From positions 114,452,001 to 114,516,000 of the forward strand of contig OZ024744.1 in NCBI GenBank assembly GCA_964016885.1: 64,000 bases of DNA, in the 5' to 3' direction. The translations under genes and the position numbers were made by a program. Of the stretch, positions 1 through 14,270 are shown piece after piece. Within the stretch, counting starts at the first letter, position 1. The number at the start of each line of letters is the position of its first letter. This DNA comes from Eledone cirrhosa. Taxonomy: Eukaryota. Below the pieces are notes generated by a model. It was not told the origin of the DNA and made no database searches. It was given only the letters and a program-made list of their open reading frames with translations.

Positions 1-1258
1 GCATCACCCTAAGGCAGATATAGATAGAATATATCTCCCTAGGAAAGAAGGAGGACGTGGGTTAATCCAGTTAGACATTGCGTTGAAAACTGCAACAATT
101 GGATTATCTACATATCTAAGGGAATCACATGATTGGATGATCAAACTCGTTTTGAAACACGAAAGCATCAAAAGATTATATTCCATTACAAAAGATGCAC
201 AAAGATACAGTAATGGACTACAAATTTCAGAAGTCCCATTTACTGCTGAAATGGAAAACATAGAAAAAGCAAAGCAGGTAAAAGTAACTGCAAAGAAAGA
301 ACTGCTACAGAAACTGGCTAAGAAATGGCAAGAAAAGCCTCTGTATGGAAAATACCCAGAGCGAGCTAACAATCCTGATGTTGACAAAACTTTAACCCAT
401 CAGTGGTTGGCATCCTCTGGACTGAAATCGGAGACTGAAGGACTGATTATATCAGCACAAGATCAGTGTCTGCCAACAAAAAATTACCAAGCCAACATAA
501 TAAAAAATGGATGCAGCCCATTATGCCGTGTATGCAAAAAACAACCAGAGACCATTGACTATATAATTTCAATGTGCAGTCCTATAGCTCCAACCGAATA
601 CCTAAACAGGCATGACAGAGCTGCACAATACATACATTGGATAATGTGTAAGCATTTTGACCTGCCCCATCAAAAGAATTGGTGGGAGCATCAACCACCT
701 CCCATACTTGAAAAAGATCACATCTCAATCTTGTGGAACTTTAGCATCCAAACAGACCGAAAAATAGATGCAAATAGACCTGATATAATATTGAAGGACT
801 TTCAAAGGAGGGTATGCCTGCTAATTGATATGTCCGTTCCAATAGACAAGAATGTATCTATAAAAACATTTGAAAAATTGAGCAAGTATAAGGACCTGGA
901 GATAGAAATTGGAAACATGTGGAAATTGAGAACTAAAACAATACCAGTGGTTGTAGGCGCTCTGGGAATGATACCTAAGGGGTCTAATGATTACATATCG
1001 CAAATCCCAGGAAACCCGCGTATAGGAGAAATACAAAAGATAGTACTAATGGGAACTGCCCATATACTAAGGAAGATTCTGTCAATATAAGTACATCACA
1101 AGTCTAAACACTAAAGATGCATGTGTGAATATGTATGTTCTTTCTTGAACATGGCGGACCTTGTTGTCTCTTGAGGTCACTGGTTGTGACTTGGTGATAA
1201 CTCGTATGAACATAAAGCAAGATAAATGCAACTGTAATAATAATAATAATAATAATAA
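1..1258 (+). mobile_element. R4/Dong-like RLE non-LTR retrotransposon, family A, 3' part (copy 1; cut by the window start)
   Basis: ORF 83-1090 has a CRVC..ETIDYIISMC knuckle, RHD, and RPDII..D..K..KY RLE motifs. A ~145-nt 3' UTR ends in (TAA)n at 1235-1258. Confidence 0.9.
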
Positions 1259-2219
1259 GGGAAGAAGACGCACGAGGTGGTAGAAGGTCATGAAATCGCT
1301 CCCGTAAGTTTTTGATTTTTAACATATTTAAATCAATTGAGAAATAACAATTCTTAGTACAAATGTTGCATAAACCACCGAATGAAGTCCCATAAAATTT
1401 CGGATCCATATTATATTGTTATATCGCTCAAATATTCAATTTTGTATTATATATTTTGTATTAAAAAAAAGAAAATGGTTATAAATGGAAGAAAACACCC
1501 TCTGTCTACACTATATAGAACAGCCAAATAACAGCAATTTCACCAACACCAGAAACTTGATACACCACCTATCCCATCACACTAAATATAACAGCCAGAT
1601 AACGGCAATTTCACCACCACCACCATCAATCCCAGCATCATAATAATAATTACTATTATTATTGTCTCAAATTTTAACAAAATGTTTAATTCCAATTTTA
1701 CGGGAATAGGTCAACACAATATATATTAAACATACGAACACAAACTCATAGATACTACATATCACAAAACTCAGTAACCACAACGCCACCGCCGCCACCA
1801 CCCCATCCATCATTGCTACCACTATCCCATCGCCGCCGCCACCACTCCTTCATTGCTACCACCACTATTCCCCTGTTAACTTGAGAGAGAAAGGGGAAGG
1901 TGGCGGTATCACTAGACAAGGGAGAGGCTAGCAAAAGATATAAATAGATTGACTTAGTGACCTGGCCACCGGCCAAACGTCAACATCAACAACTAAGGGA
2001 CTGCTGGCTCACCCCTTCCTCACCAACAATATAAAAAGCCCCGGCACCACCACCGACATAGCCAACAACAATAACAGGCAACTACAGCAAAAAGTATATT
2101 ATATTATTGTAATGCACAGGGTGATTGCTGGCCTTGTGCCTGGAGTGGAGACAATTATTAATAATTTCATTCTTAAGCCACGCAATGCTCACATTAAGGA
2201 ACCACTCATGATAATAACA

Positions 2220-5200
2220 ATTTTAAAAAACAACAAAAAGAAAACCCCGTGACCAAGAAATACCGGGATGGCGGCCGGCGGGGAATAGCCGTGTCTCTAG
2301 GGGAGAACGACCCCTCTAGTCTTGGTTGACACTCGTTCTAGAAGTGGTAACACGAAATGATTACCCCTTGGCGGATAAGGATAAAACGCGACAAAATAAA
2401 GTAAATGTCTAATGATAAAATCTCATACCGGATCGGCCGTCACCCGGGTAAAAAAGGGCCGCGTCCCTCAGAGAGGAACCAGACTGGGGTCGAAAAATCA
2501 GCTAATGGTTCAAACCTTCCCATCACTTCGGAGCTGGAGACCTCCCATAACCGGAATACTCCTACTGTTGGCCCTCCATGCTCACCACCAAGAAATCCAA
2601 AGAAAAAGAGAGAAAAATGGTCAAGGGAAGATAATAAAGAAGTCCTTGAGGCTTTCTACACTGCCATGTACTACCCATCAAATACATCGAATACAGAACA
2701 GACATATATCAACTGGAAAAAGAAACATCCCGAAAACAGAGGCTATATTGACAGTAACAAAATAGCCAATATACGAAGAAATATTGTAAGAAAAAAGTTA
2801 CTAACTGATATAGAAATTGATCAGATCAAGCTATTAGCACAAAGTCAGCGAAGGGAAAATGAAACATGTGTCAGTGAAAACGAGGTAAACTGTAACACTT
2901 CGAATCCCAGGGTTGGGGCGGAATCACTGGCAACAGAACAAATTAAAGAAAGGATCGAAAAAGTGGAGGGAGTGCATGCTCAGGATGAAACTCCAAATGA
3001 AAATAATGAGATCGTAAATGATAAAGAAATGAATGAGAATGAACTTGCCAACTTGAAGGATGAAATTATGATCGAATGGATGAACATGAAAGAATCTGAC
3101 ATGGGGGAACGAGACACCCTCCCTAAGATCTAGAATTCCAAACAGAACCAAAAGATAATACACAAGACTAACATAATTCTCAAAAACATTATCATTACAA
3201 ACAAACTAAACATTACTGATTTAAATCATCTCTATTGTGCATCGGCTAAAGTCACCACTCACTTATGTGGAGTGAAGATGAAAAAACAAAGGAATTCCCA
3301 CAAGAAATCTACTTGGCAAGAGAACATCAATCGCCAAATAAACCTTCTCCGATCTGACATAGAAATTTTAACAAACTATAAAGTAGGTGAACATGTTAAA
3401 CAAACTAAACTTAGAAAATTGAAAAAAAAGTACAGTATAAAATCAACATGTGACATAGACATGCTGATAGAAATAATCAAGCAAAAAGTGTCGGCCAAAG
3501 CTGCTCGTATAAGGCGCTTTGAAAAACGATCTAGATTCTATAAGGACAATAATATGTTCAAAAACAACCAAAGAAACTTCTACAGAAAAATTGGTAAGTC
3601 AACAATAACTACTAAATCAATACCACCCAAGGAGGAAGTGCAAGAATTCTGGGAAAAGATCTGGGCCGAAGAAAAAGTTCATAACATACATGCCCCATGA
3701 CAAATGAAAGATACAGCTCACCTTGGGGAACAAATATGGGAAAATATAACAGTTGAACAGTTGCGCTTGACTCTAAGAAAAACCAGCAAATGGAAATCCC
3801 CAGGAAAAGACAAAATACAAAACTTTTGGATAAATGCCTTCACAGAGTCTCATGAGCTGTTAGCCCAACTTTACAATGAAATAGTTAAGGAGCCAGAAAA
3901 GATACCATCATGGCTAGTTAACGGCATTACATTCCTGCTTCCGAAGAATGATGAGACAAACAATCCCAAAAATTACAGACCGATAACTTGCTTGACCACA
4001 ATGTATAAAATTTTAACATCAGTCCTAACTGAATACACATATGACCACCTGATAACAAATGACCTATTTCCCATTGAGCAGAAAGGGTGTAAACGAGGCT
4101 CATATGGCTGTAAGGATCAGCTTCTGGTTAACAAAATGATACTGGAAGATTGTCATAATAGACACAAAAATCTATCGATTGCTTGGATAGATTATAAAAA
4201 AGCATTCGACAGTTTGCCACACAGTTGGATTGAAAAATGTTTAGAGATTTTCAAAATATCCCCCGTTGTCAGGAGGTTTTTGTCATTCAGTATGAAGACA
4301 TGGAAAACGACACTCCTTTTGAATAGTGAAACAAAATCACTGGAAGCTGGAAAAGTTAATATTAATTGTGGAATTTTTCAGGGTGACTCTTTATCACCGC
4401 TTTTATTCTGCATCGCACTTATACCATTAAGTAAAATGCTCAATGAAACAAAACATGGATATAAAATCTATGACAAACCATTAATCACCTGTTCTACATG
4501 GATGACCTGAAACTATTTGCAAAAAATGATGAACAATTGCAAGGGCTATTATCCACTGTGGAGCAGTTCAGTGATGACATTAAAATGGAGTTTGGACTAG
4601 ATAAATGCGCCAAAGCAACGTTCACCAGAGGAAAGCTGCTGAAAAGTTCAGACATTAATCTTGATCGAGGGAATGTGATAAGAGAACTTGATCAAGAAAA
4701 AACTTACAAATATCTAGGTGTTTGTGAAGGAGACGGAATCAAGCACTCGACAATGAGGGAAAGGATAAGGAAGGAATGTTACCGCAGAGTAAGAGCAATC
4801 TTAAGAACGGAATTGAATGCAAGGAATAGGATCGATGCCATAAACACGCTTGCCATACCAGTAGTAACCTACAATTACAATGTCTTCAACTGGTCAAGCA
4901 CAGAGATCCGTAGGCTCGATACAAAAATTCGAAAATTCTTAACCATGCACAGAATGCATCACCCTAAGGCAGATATAGATAGAATATATCTCCCTAGGAA
5001 AGAAGGAGGACGTGGGTTAATCCAGTTAGACATTGCGTTGAAAACTGCAACAATTGGATTATCTACATATCTAAGGGAATCACATGATTGGATGATCAAA
5101 CTCGTTTTGAAACACGAAAGCATCAAAAGATTATATTCCATTACAAAAGATGCACAAAGATACAGTAATGGACTACAAATTTCAGAAGTCCCATTTACTG

Positions 5201-6213
5201 CTGAAATGGAAAACATAGAAAAAGCAAAGCAGGTAAAAGTAACTGCAAAGAAAGAACTGCTACAGAAACTGGCTAAGAAATGGCAAGAAAAGCCTCTGTA
5301 TGGAAAATACCCAGAGCGAGCTAACAATCCTGATGTTGACAAAACTTTAACCCATCAGTGGTTGGCATCCTCTGGACTGAAATCGGAGACTGAAGGACTG
5401 ATTATATCAGCACAAGATCAGTGTCTGCCAACAAAAAATTACCAAGCCAACATAATAAAAAATGGATGCAGCCCATTATGCCGTGTATGCAAAAAACAAC
5501 CAGAGACCATTGACTATATAATTTCAATGTGCAGTCCTATAGCTCCAACCGAATACCTAAACAGGCATGACAGAGCTGCACAATACATACATTGGATAAT
5601 GTGTAAGCATTTTGACCTGCCCCATCAAAAGAATTGGTGGGAGCATCAACCACCTCCCATACTTGAAAAAGATCACATCTCAATCTTGTGGAACTTTAGC
5701 ATCCAAACAGACCGAAAAATAGATGCAAATAGACCTGATATAATATTGAAGGACTTTCAAAGGAGGGTATGCCTGCTAATTGATATGTCCGTTCCAATAG
5801 ACAAGAATGTATCTATAAAAACATTTGAAAAATTGAGCAAGTATAAGGACCTGGAGATAGAAATTGGAAACATGTGGAAATTGAGAACTAAAACAATACC
5901 AGTGGTTGTAGGCGCTCTGGGAATGATACCTAAGGGGTCTAATGATTACATATCGCAAATCCCAGGAAACCCGCGTATAGGAGAAATACAAAAGATAGTA
6001 CTAATGGGAACTGCCCATATACTAAGGAAGATTCTGTCAATATAAGTACATCACAAGTCTAAACACTAAAGATGCATGTGTGAATATGTATGTTCTTTCT
6101 TGAACATGGCGGACCTTGTTGTCTCTTGAGGTCACTGGTTGTGACTTGGTGATAACTCGTATGAACATAAAGCAAGATAAATGCAACTGTAATAATAATA
6201 ATAATAATAATAA
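2220..6213 (+). mobile_element. R4/Dong-like RLE retrotransposon, family A, near full length (copy 2)
   Basis: Structured 5' UTR, one broken ORF (N-terminus, RT, CCHC, RLE), 3' UTR and (TAA)n tail. The 5' boundary is approximate. Confidence 0.9.
2405..6045 (+). pseudogene. Disrupted RT-RLE polyprotein
   Basis: ORF pieces 2405-3133, 3272-3700, 3704-4510 and 4498-6045. RT motifs NYRPITCL, IDYKKAFD, GIFQGDSLSPLLF, YMDD. Stops at 3131 and 3698 and a frameshift near 4480-4500. Confidence 0.9.
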
Positions 6214-7174
6214 GGGAAGAAGACGCACGAGGTGGTAGAAGGTCATGAAATCGCTCCCGTAAGTTTTTGATTTTTAACATATTTAAATCAATTGAGAAAT
6301 AACAATTCTTAGTACAAATGTTGCATAAACCACCGAATGAAGTCCCATAAAATTTCGGATCCATATTATATTGTTATATCGCTCAAATATTCAATTTTGT
6401 ATTATATATTTTGTATTAAAAAAAAGAAAATGGTTATAAATGGAAGAAAACACCCTCTGTCTACACTATATAGAACAGCCAAATAACAGCAATTTCACCA
6501 ACACCAGAAACTTGATACACCACCTATCCCATCACACTAAATATAACAGCCAGATAACGGCAATTTCACCACCACCACCATCAATCCCAGCATCATAATA
6601 ATAATTACTATTATTATTGTCTCAAATTTTAACAAAATGTTTAATTCCAATTTTACGGGAATAGGTCAACACAATATATATTAAACATACGAACACAAAC
6701 TCATAGATACTACATATCACAAAACTCAGTAACCACAACGCCACCGCCGCCACCACCCCATCCATCATTGCTACCACTATCCCATCGCCGCCGCCACCAC
6801 TCCTTCATTGCTACCACCACTATTCCCCTGTTAACTTGAGAGAGAAAGGGGAAGGTGGCGGTATCACTAGACAAGGGAGAGGCTAGCAAAAGATATAAAT
6901 AGATTGACTTAGTGACCTGGCCACCGGCCAAACGTCAACATCAACAACTAAGGGACTGCTGGCTCACCCCTTCCTCACCAACAATATAAAAAGCCCCGGC
7001 ACCACCACCGACATAGCCAACAACAATAACAGGCAACTACAGCAAAAAGTATATTATATTATTGTAATGCACAGGGTGATTGCTGGCCTTGTGCCTGGAG
7101 TGGAGACAATTATTAATAATTTCATTCTTAAGCCACGCAATGCTCACATTAAGGAACCACTCATGATAATAACA

Positions 7175-10100
7175 ATTTTAAAAAACAACAAAAAGAAAAC
7201 CCCGTGACCAAGAAATACCGGGATGGCGGCCGGCGGGGAATAGCCGTGTCTCTAGGGGAGAACGACCCCTCTAGTCTTGGTTGACACTCGTTCTAGAAGT
7301 GGTAACACGAAATGATTACCCCTTGGCGGATAAGGATAAAACGCGACAAAATAAAGTAAATGTCTAATGATAAAATCTCATACCGGATCGGCCGTCACCC
7401 GGGTAAAAAAGGGCCGCGTCCCTCAGAGAGGAACCAGACTGGGGTCGAAAAATCAGCTAATGGTTCAAACCTTCCCATCACTTCGGAGCTGGAGACCTCC
7501 CATAACCGGAATACTCCTACTGTTGGCCCTCCATGCTCACCACCAAGAAATCCAAAGAAAAAGAGAGAAAAATGGTCAAGGGAAGATAATAAAGAAGTCC
7601 TTGAGGCTTTCTACACTGCCATGTACTACCCATCAAATACATCGAATACAGAACAGACATATATCAACTGGAAAAAGAAACATCCCGAAAACAGAGGCTA
7701 TATTGACAGTAACAAAATAGCCAATATACGAAGAAATATTGTAAGAAAAAAGTTACTAACTGATATAGAAATTGATCAGATCAAGCTATTAGCACAAAGT
7801 CAGCGAAGGGAAAATGAAACATGTGTCAGTGAAAACGAGGTAAACTGTAACACTTCGAATCCCAGGGTTGGGGCGGAATCACTGGCAACAGAACAAATTA
7901 AAGAAAGGATCGAAAAAGTGGAGGGAGTGCATGCTCAGGATGAAACTCCAAATGAAAATAATGAGATCGTAAATGATAAAGAAATGAATGAGAATGAACT
8001 TGCCAACTTGAAGGATGAAATTATGATCGAATGGATGAACATGAAAGAATCTGACATGGGGGAACGAGACACCCTCCCTAAGATCTAGAATTCCAAACAG
8101 AACCAAAAGATAATACACAAGACTAACATAATTCTCAAAAACATTATCATTACAAACAAACTAAACATTACTGATTTAAATCATCTCTATTGTGCATCGG
8201 CTAAAGTCACCACTCACTTATGTGGAGTGAAGATGAAAAAACAAAGGAATTCCCACAAGAAATCTACTTGGCAAGAGAACATCAATCGCCAAATAAACCT
8301 TCTCCGATCTGACATAGAAATTTTAACAAACTATAAAGTAGGTGAACATGTTAAACAAACTAAACTTAGAAAATTGAAAAAAAAGTACAGTATAAAATCA
8401 ACATGTGACATAGACATGCTGATAGAAATAATCAAGCAAAAAGTGTCGGCCAAAGCTGCTCGTATAAGGCGCTTTGAAAAACGATCTAGATTCTATAAGG
8501 ACAATAATATGTTCAAAAACAACCAAAGAAACTTCTACAGAAAAATTGGTAAGTCAACAATAACTACTAAATCAATACCACCCAAGGAGGAAGTGCAAGA
8601 ATTCTGGGAAAAGATCTGGGCCGAAGAAAAAGTTCATAACATACATGCCCCATGACAAATGAAAGATACAGCTCACCTTGGGGAACAAATATGGGAAAAT
8701 ATAACAGTTGAACAGTTGCGCTTGACTCTAAGAAAAACCAGCAAATGGAAATCCCCAGGAAAAGACAAAATACAAAACTTTTGGATAAATGCCTTCACAG
8801 AGTCTCATGAGCTGTTAGCCCAACTTTACAATGAAATAGTTAAGGAGCCAGAAAAGATACCATCATGGCTAGTTAACGGCATTACATTCCTGCTTCCGAA
8901 GAATGATGAGACAAACAATCCCAAAAATTACAGACCGATAACTTGCTTGACCACAATGTATAAAATTTTAACATCAGTCCTAACTGAATACACATATGAC
9001 CACCTGATAACAAATGACCTATTTCCCATTGAGCAGAAAGGGTGTAAACGAGGCTCATATGGCTGTAAGGATCAGCTTCTGGTTAACAAAATGATACTGG
9101 AAGATTGTCATAATAGACACAAAAATCTATCGATTGCTTGGATAGATTATAAAAAAGCATTCGACAGTTTGCCACACAGTTGGATTGAAAAATGTTTAGA
9201 GATTTTCAAAATATCCCCCGTTGTCAGGAGGTTTTTGTCATTCAGTATGAAGACATGGAAAACGACACTCCTTTTGAATAGTGAAACAAAATCACTGGAA
9301 GCTGGAAAAGTTAATATTAATTGTGGAATTTTTCAGGGTGACTCTTTATCACCGCTTTTATTCTGCATCGCACTTATACCATTAAGTAAAATGCTCAATG
9401 AAACAAAACATGGATATAAAATCTATGACAAACCATTAATCACCTGTTCTACATGGATGACCTGAAACTATTTGCAAAAAATGATGAACAATTGCAAGGG
9501 CTATTATCCACTGTGGAGCAGTTCAGTGATGACATTAAAATGGAGTTTGGACTAGATAAATGCGCCAAAGCAACGTTCACCAGAGGAAAGCTGCTGAAAA
9601 GTTCAGACATTAATCTTGATCGAGGGAATGTGATAAGAGAACTTGATCAAGAAAAAACTTACAAATATCTAGGTGTTTGTGAAGGAGACGGAATCAAGCA
9701 CTCGACAATGAGGGAAAGGATAAGGAAGGAATGTTACCGCAGAGTAAGAGCAATCTTAAGAACGGAATTGAATGCAAGGAATAGGATCGATGCCATAAAC
9801 ACGCTTGCCATACCAGTAGTAACCTACAATTACAATGTCTTCAACTGGTCAAGCACAGAGATCCGTAGGCTCGATACAAAAATTCGAAAATTCTTAACCA
9901 TGCACAGAATGCATCACCCTAAGGCAGATATAGATAGAATATATCTCCCTAGGAAAGAAGGAGGACGTGGGTTAATCCAGTTAGACATTGCGTTGAAAAC
10001 TGCAACAATTGGATTATCTACATATCTAAGGGAATCACATGATTGGATGATCAAACTCGTTTTGAAACACGAAAGCATCAAAAGATTATATTCCATTACA

Positions 10101-11165
10101 AAAGATGCACAAAGATACAGTAATGGACTACAAATTTCAGAAGTCCCATTTACTGCTGAAATGGAAAACATAGAAAAAGCAAAGCAGGTAAAAGTAACTG
10201 CAAAGAAAGAACTGCTACAGAAACTGGCTAAGAAATGGCAAGAAAAGCCTCTGTATGGAAAATACCCAGAGCGAGCTAACAATCCTGATGTTGACAAAAC
10301 TTTAACCCATCAGTGGTTGGCATCCTCTGGACTGAAATCGGAGACTGAAGGACTGATTATATCAGCACAAGATCAGTGTCTGCCAACAAAAAATTACCAA
10401 GCCAACATAATAAAAAATGGATGCAGCCCATTATGCCGTGTATGCAAAAAACAACCAGAGACCATTGACTATATAATTTCAATGTGCAGTCCTATAGCTC
10501 CAACCGAATACCTAAACAGGCATGACAGAGCTGCACAATACATACATTGGATAATGTGTAAGCATTTTGACCTGCCCCATCAAAAGAATTGGTGGGAGCA
10601 TCAACCACCTCCCATACTTGAAAAAGATCACATCTCAATCTTGTGGAACTTTAGCATCCAAACAGACCGAAAAATAGATGCAAATAGACCTGATATAATA
10701 TTGAAGGACTTTCAAAGGAGGGTATGCCTGCTAATTGATATGTCCGTTCCAATAGACAAGAATGTATCTATAAAAACATTTGAAAAATTGAGCAAGTATA
10801 AGGACCTGGAGATAGAAATTAGAAAAATGTGGAAATTGAGAACTAAAACAATACCAGTGGTTGTAGGCGCTCTGGGAATGATACCTAAGGGGTCTAATGA
10901 TTACATATCGCAAATCCCAGGAAACCCGCGTATAGGAGAAATACAAAAGATAGTACTAATGGGAACTGCCCATATACTAAGGAAGATTCTGTCAATATAA
11001 GTACATCACAAGTCTAAACACTAAGGATGCATGTGTGAATATGTATGTTCTTTCTTGAACATGGCGGACCTTGTTGTCTCTTGAGGTCACTGGTTGTGAC
11101 TTGGTGATAACTCGTATGAACATAAAGCAAGATAAATGCAACTGTAATAATAATAATAATATAAT
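7175..11165 (+). mobile_element. R4/Dong-like RLE retrotransposon, family A (copy 3)
   Basis: Matches copy 2 at +4955 except for the differences seen at 10821, 10826 and 11025. Ends in (TAA)n. Confidence 0.9.
7360..11000 (+). pseudogene. Disrupted RT-RLE polyprotein (same lesions as copy 2)
   Basis: The ORF track is identical at offset 4955 apart from IRKM versus IGNM near the C-terminus. Confidence 0.9.
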
Positions 11166-13490
11166 TGGTAATTCTGTGACAAAAGAAATCATAGAAGAAC
11201 TAGAACCTGATCTTACTGAGCTAAATGAAATCATTTATGCATCTGCTAGAGTAATTGATACAAGTTGTTTACCACCAAAAAAAGAAAAAAAGTCGAACCT
11301 TCGAGGTAAACCAATTTGGAGGAGTAGAATCGAAAAGGAGATTGACGTAATGAGAGGAGAAATATCTTTATTGAGTGAGTTAACCGCTGGAAATGATATA
11401 AGATCCAAGAAGGTAAGATGGCTAAAAAGAAAATATGGACTGTCTTCTAGAGAAGCAATAGTTTCAACAAAAGAATCTCTGAAACAAAAAGTCCAACGAA
11501 TTCGTAGATTCGAGAAGCGAAACAACATCTACAGGCAAAATAAGTTGTTCTCATCCAATGCCAAGTCATTTTATAGAGAAGTGGGGAAGGTAAAAATAAT
11601 TATTGAAGTTGAAAACTTCTGGAGTAAGATTTGATGAGAAGACATAATGCTAATGTAGATCGGATTAGTCGCCTGGAAAAATCCTACACAAATTTAGAAG
11701 AACAGGCGTGGGAAGACATCTCTGGACTTAAGGACAGCACTCAATAAATCTCATAAATGGAAATCTCCTGGTAGAGACAGGGTGCCAAATTTCTGGCTTT
11801 CCTGACTCCCGTGCACTCACAATATATTGGTCAAGCTGTTTAATGGAATTATGAAAGATCCAAAAAATACACCTGATTGGATAGCAAGTGGCATTACCTA
11901 CCTGCTACCAAAGAACAACGAGACCAAAGATCCAAAAAACTATCGGCCCATAACCTGCTTGTCCACCACTTATAAACTATTAACCTCTATTCTCATGGAA
12001 AAAGCATACGTGTTTTTGGAGAAGAATCTTTTTCCCATTGAACAAAAAGGGTGCCAACGAGGTTCATATTGTTGCAAAGATCAACTTTTGATTAATCGTG
12101 TGATCCTTGAGAACTGTCATAATAAACACAGAAATCTCACTTCTGCATGGATCGATTATAAAAAATCCTTTGACAGCATACCACACTCATGGATTCTGAA
12201 ATCACTGGACATCTTCAAAATCTCACCTGTGATCTCAAACTTCCTGAAACACAATATGTCATTATGGAACACAAATCTCCAATTGTCTCATTCCACGGGG
12301 GTACTGTGCTCTAAGAATATAAACATCAACTGTAGTATATTCCAGGGTGACTCACTTTCACCCTTACTTTTCTGCATAGCTTTAATACCCCTTACATCCG
12401 AACTTAATAGAACAGAGTACGGTTATAGAATTGACAACAAAAAAATAAGCCACCTATTTTATATGGATGATTTGAAGTTATATTGCAAAGATAATTGTTT
12501 CTACTTTTGGCACAAGGCCAGCAATTACCCAGTGTATTACTGGTACTTTTATTTTATCGACCCCATAAGGATGAAAGGCAAAGTTAACCTCGGCGGGATT
12601 TGAACTCAGAATGGCAAGGGCCGTAACTCTATGCGTCAAAGCATGGCGTCCGACCCTCTACCGATACTGCCAATCTATTGCAAAGATAATGACGAACTGG
12701 AAGGCCTTTTACGGACAGTTAAAAGCGTTTAGCGATGACATCAGGAGGGAGTTTGGACTTGACAAGTGTGCAAAAGCCACTTTCAAGAAGGGGAAGCTTG
12801 TCAACTAGACTCAGTTGAATTGGATGCTGAAACAATCATAAAGGAACTTGAGCAGGAACAAACCTATAAACACTTAGGGATTAACGAGGGCTCTGGCATA
12901 CAGCATGCAAGTATGAAAGAGGGGATAAGGAAAGAATGTTACAGGAGAATACGAGCGTTCTGAGATCAGAACTAAACGCTCATAACAAGGTGCTAGCCAT
13001 AAATTCCTTAGCAGCCCCAGTTGTCACATAGCTTCGGTGTGTTGAACTGGAATATGAGTGAAATCAAAAGAATCGACACCAAAGTAAGATATTGACCTGT
13101 AATAGGATGCACCACCCAAAAGCAGATGTGGATCGTTTTTACCTTCCTAGAACTCAAGGAGGCCGTGGCCTGATCCAATTTGAACTTGCTTACAAGACCA
13201 CCATCATTGGACTGGCCAAATACCTTGAAACAACTAACGACTGTATGCTGAAACTTGTTGAAAAGCAAGAGAGAAGTAAGAAGCTTCATTCTATCTTGAA
13301 GGAGAGCAAAACATATGCTACTGATCTCATGCTTGATACCCAGGCTGGACAGACTAAAGAAACTGTTGCAACTGATGCTGCTAGGCACATAAAATCACTG
13401 GCAAAAGCAAAAGAGCAAGGACAATTAGCATCAAATTGGGGGCAGAAACCTCTGCATGGCAAATATGTGGCCCGTAGCAAACAAGCTGGT
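11165..13490 (+). mobile_element. Decayed R4/Dong-like element, family B (RT region, truncated at both ends)
   Basis: ORFs 11071-13550 are homologous to family A (KNYRPITCLST, IFQGDSLSPLLF, LFYMDDLKLY, MHHPKADVDR) with many stops and frameshifts. Confidence 0.85.
12496..12675 (-). mobile_element. tRNA-derived SINE with 15-bp TSD
   Basis: Minus strand has an A box TGGCAGTATCGG, a B box GAGTTCAAATCC and the central CTTTGCCTTTCATCC..GGGGTCGATAAAAT motif. TSD TATTGCAAAGATAAT at 12481-12495 and 12676-12690. It interrupts the RT right after YMDDLKLY. Confidence 0.9.
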
Positions 13491-13499
13491 GTTGCGCTT

Positions 13500-14012
13500 A
13501 CTTTTCTTAATGGTGTTGTTGCTAGTGGGAGAGTAAGTGATGGGTTGTGAGAAGCCGCTGTTAGTCAACGCCGTGTTATAGTAGGGTGCCGCCCTGTCAA
13601 AGATAGCCTTATTAGAGGAGAGGTTAGAGATTCTAGTACTGATATTCTTAACGAAGTTTCTAAAAACAGTGGGAGGGTGGCATGAGTCCTTGTGGATGTA
13701 ATTATGTTTCTCGTTTAGCTTATGGAAGGGTCTGTGGGTGGGTATGCGAAGGTCTAAATTAATGTCTAAGAAATCTACGCTAGAGAGGTTGGTAGCTACT
13801 GTTATCCTAAGTCCTAACTCATTGAAGGTTGAAGCTAAGTCTTTTTTAAACCGGTCGAGGTCGTGACCACTTTTAGGGCTCGATAAAGTCAGTCAATCGT
13901 CACGGTATATTCCCGTGAGGAAGTCTGGGAATCTAACATAAAAAGGCCAACCAAGTCACATACGTCAGCACTGTCAAACGATCCCATGGAGACGTCGAAC
14001 AGGTCTGAAGAT
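13500..14012 (-). mobile_element. Penelope-like element RT/thumb fragment
   Basis: Minus-strand translation gives FDVSMGSFDSADVCDLVGLF and NYIHKDSCHPPTVFRNFVKNISTRISNLSSNKAIFDRAAPYYNTALTNSGF, typical of PLE RTs. Confidence 0.75.
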
Positions 14013-14016
14013 GTAG

Positions 14017-14147
<131 letters not shown>

Positions 14148-14151
14148 GTGA

Positions 14152-14270
14152 AGGCGTGTGGCTGAATGGTTAGAGAATTGGATTCACGATCTTGAGGTTG
14201 TGAGTTCGATTCCTGGACCGGGCGATGCGTTATGTCCTTGAGCAAGACACTTTATTTCATGCTGCTCCTT
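14152..14270 (+). mobile_element. tRNA-derived SINE head with CORE/V-like motif
   Basis: A box TGGCTGAATGG, B box GAGTTCGATTCC, then GTCCTTGAGCAAGACACTT. Confidence 0.75.

Larger units (their letters stand above)
1..11160. repeat. Tandem segmental repeat, period 4955 bp (element plus ~1 kb spacer), at least 2.25 units
   Basis: ORFs recur at 4/4959/9914 and 2405/7360. The spacer 1259-2220 is repeated at 6214-7175. Confidence 0.95.

Noticed and set aside
83-1090. Stand-alone nuclease gene
   Set aside because: It is the C-terminus of the retrotransposon ORF cut by the window edge.
2260-2400. HDV-like ribozyme in the Dong-like 5' UTR
   Set aside because: Could not place P1, P3, L3 or the catalytic C. 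Kept only as a generic structured-UTR finding.
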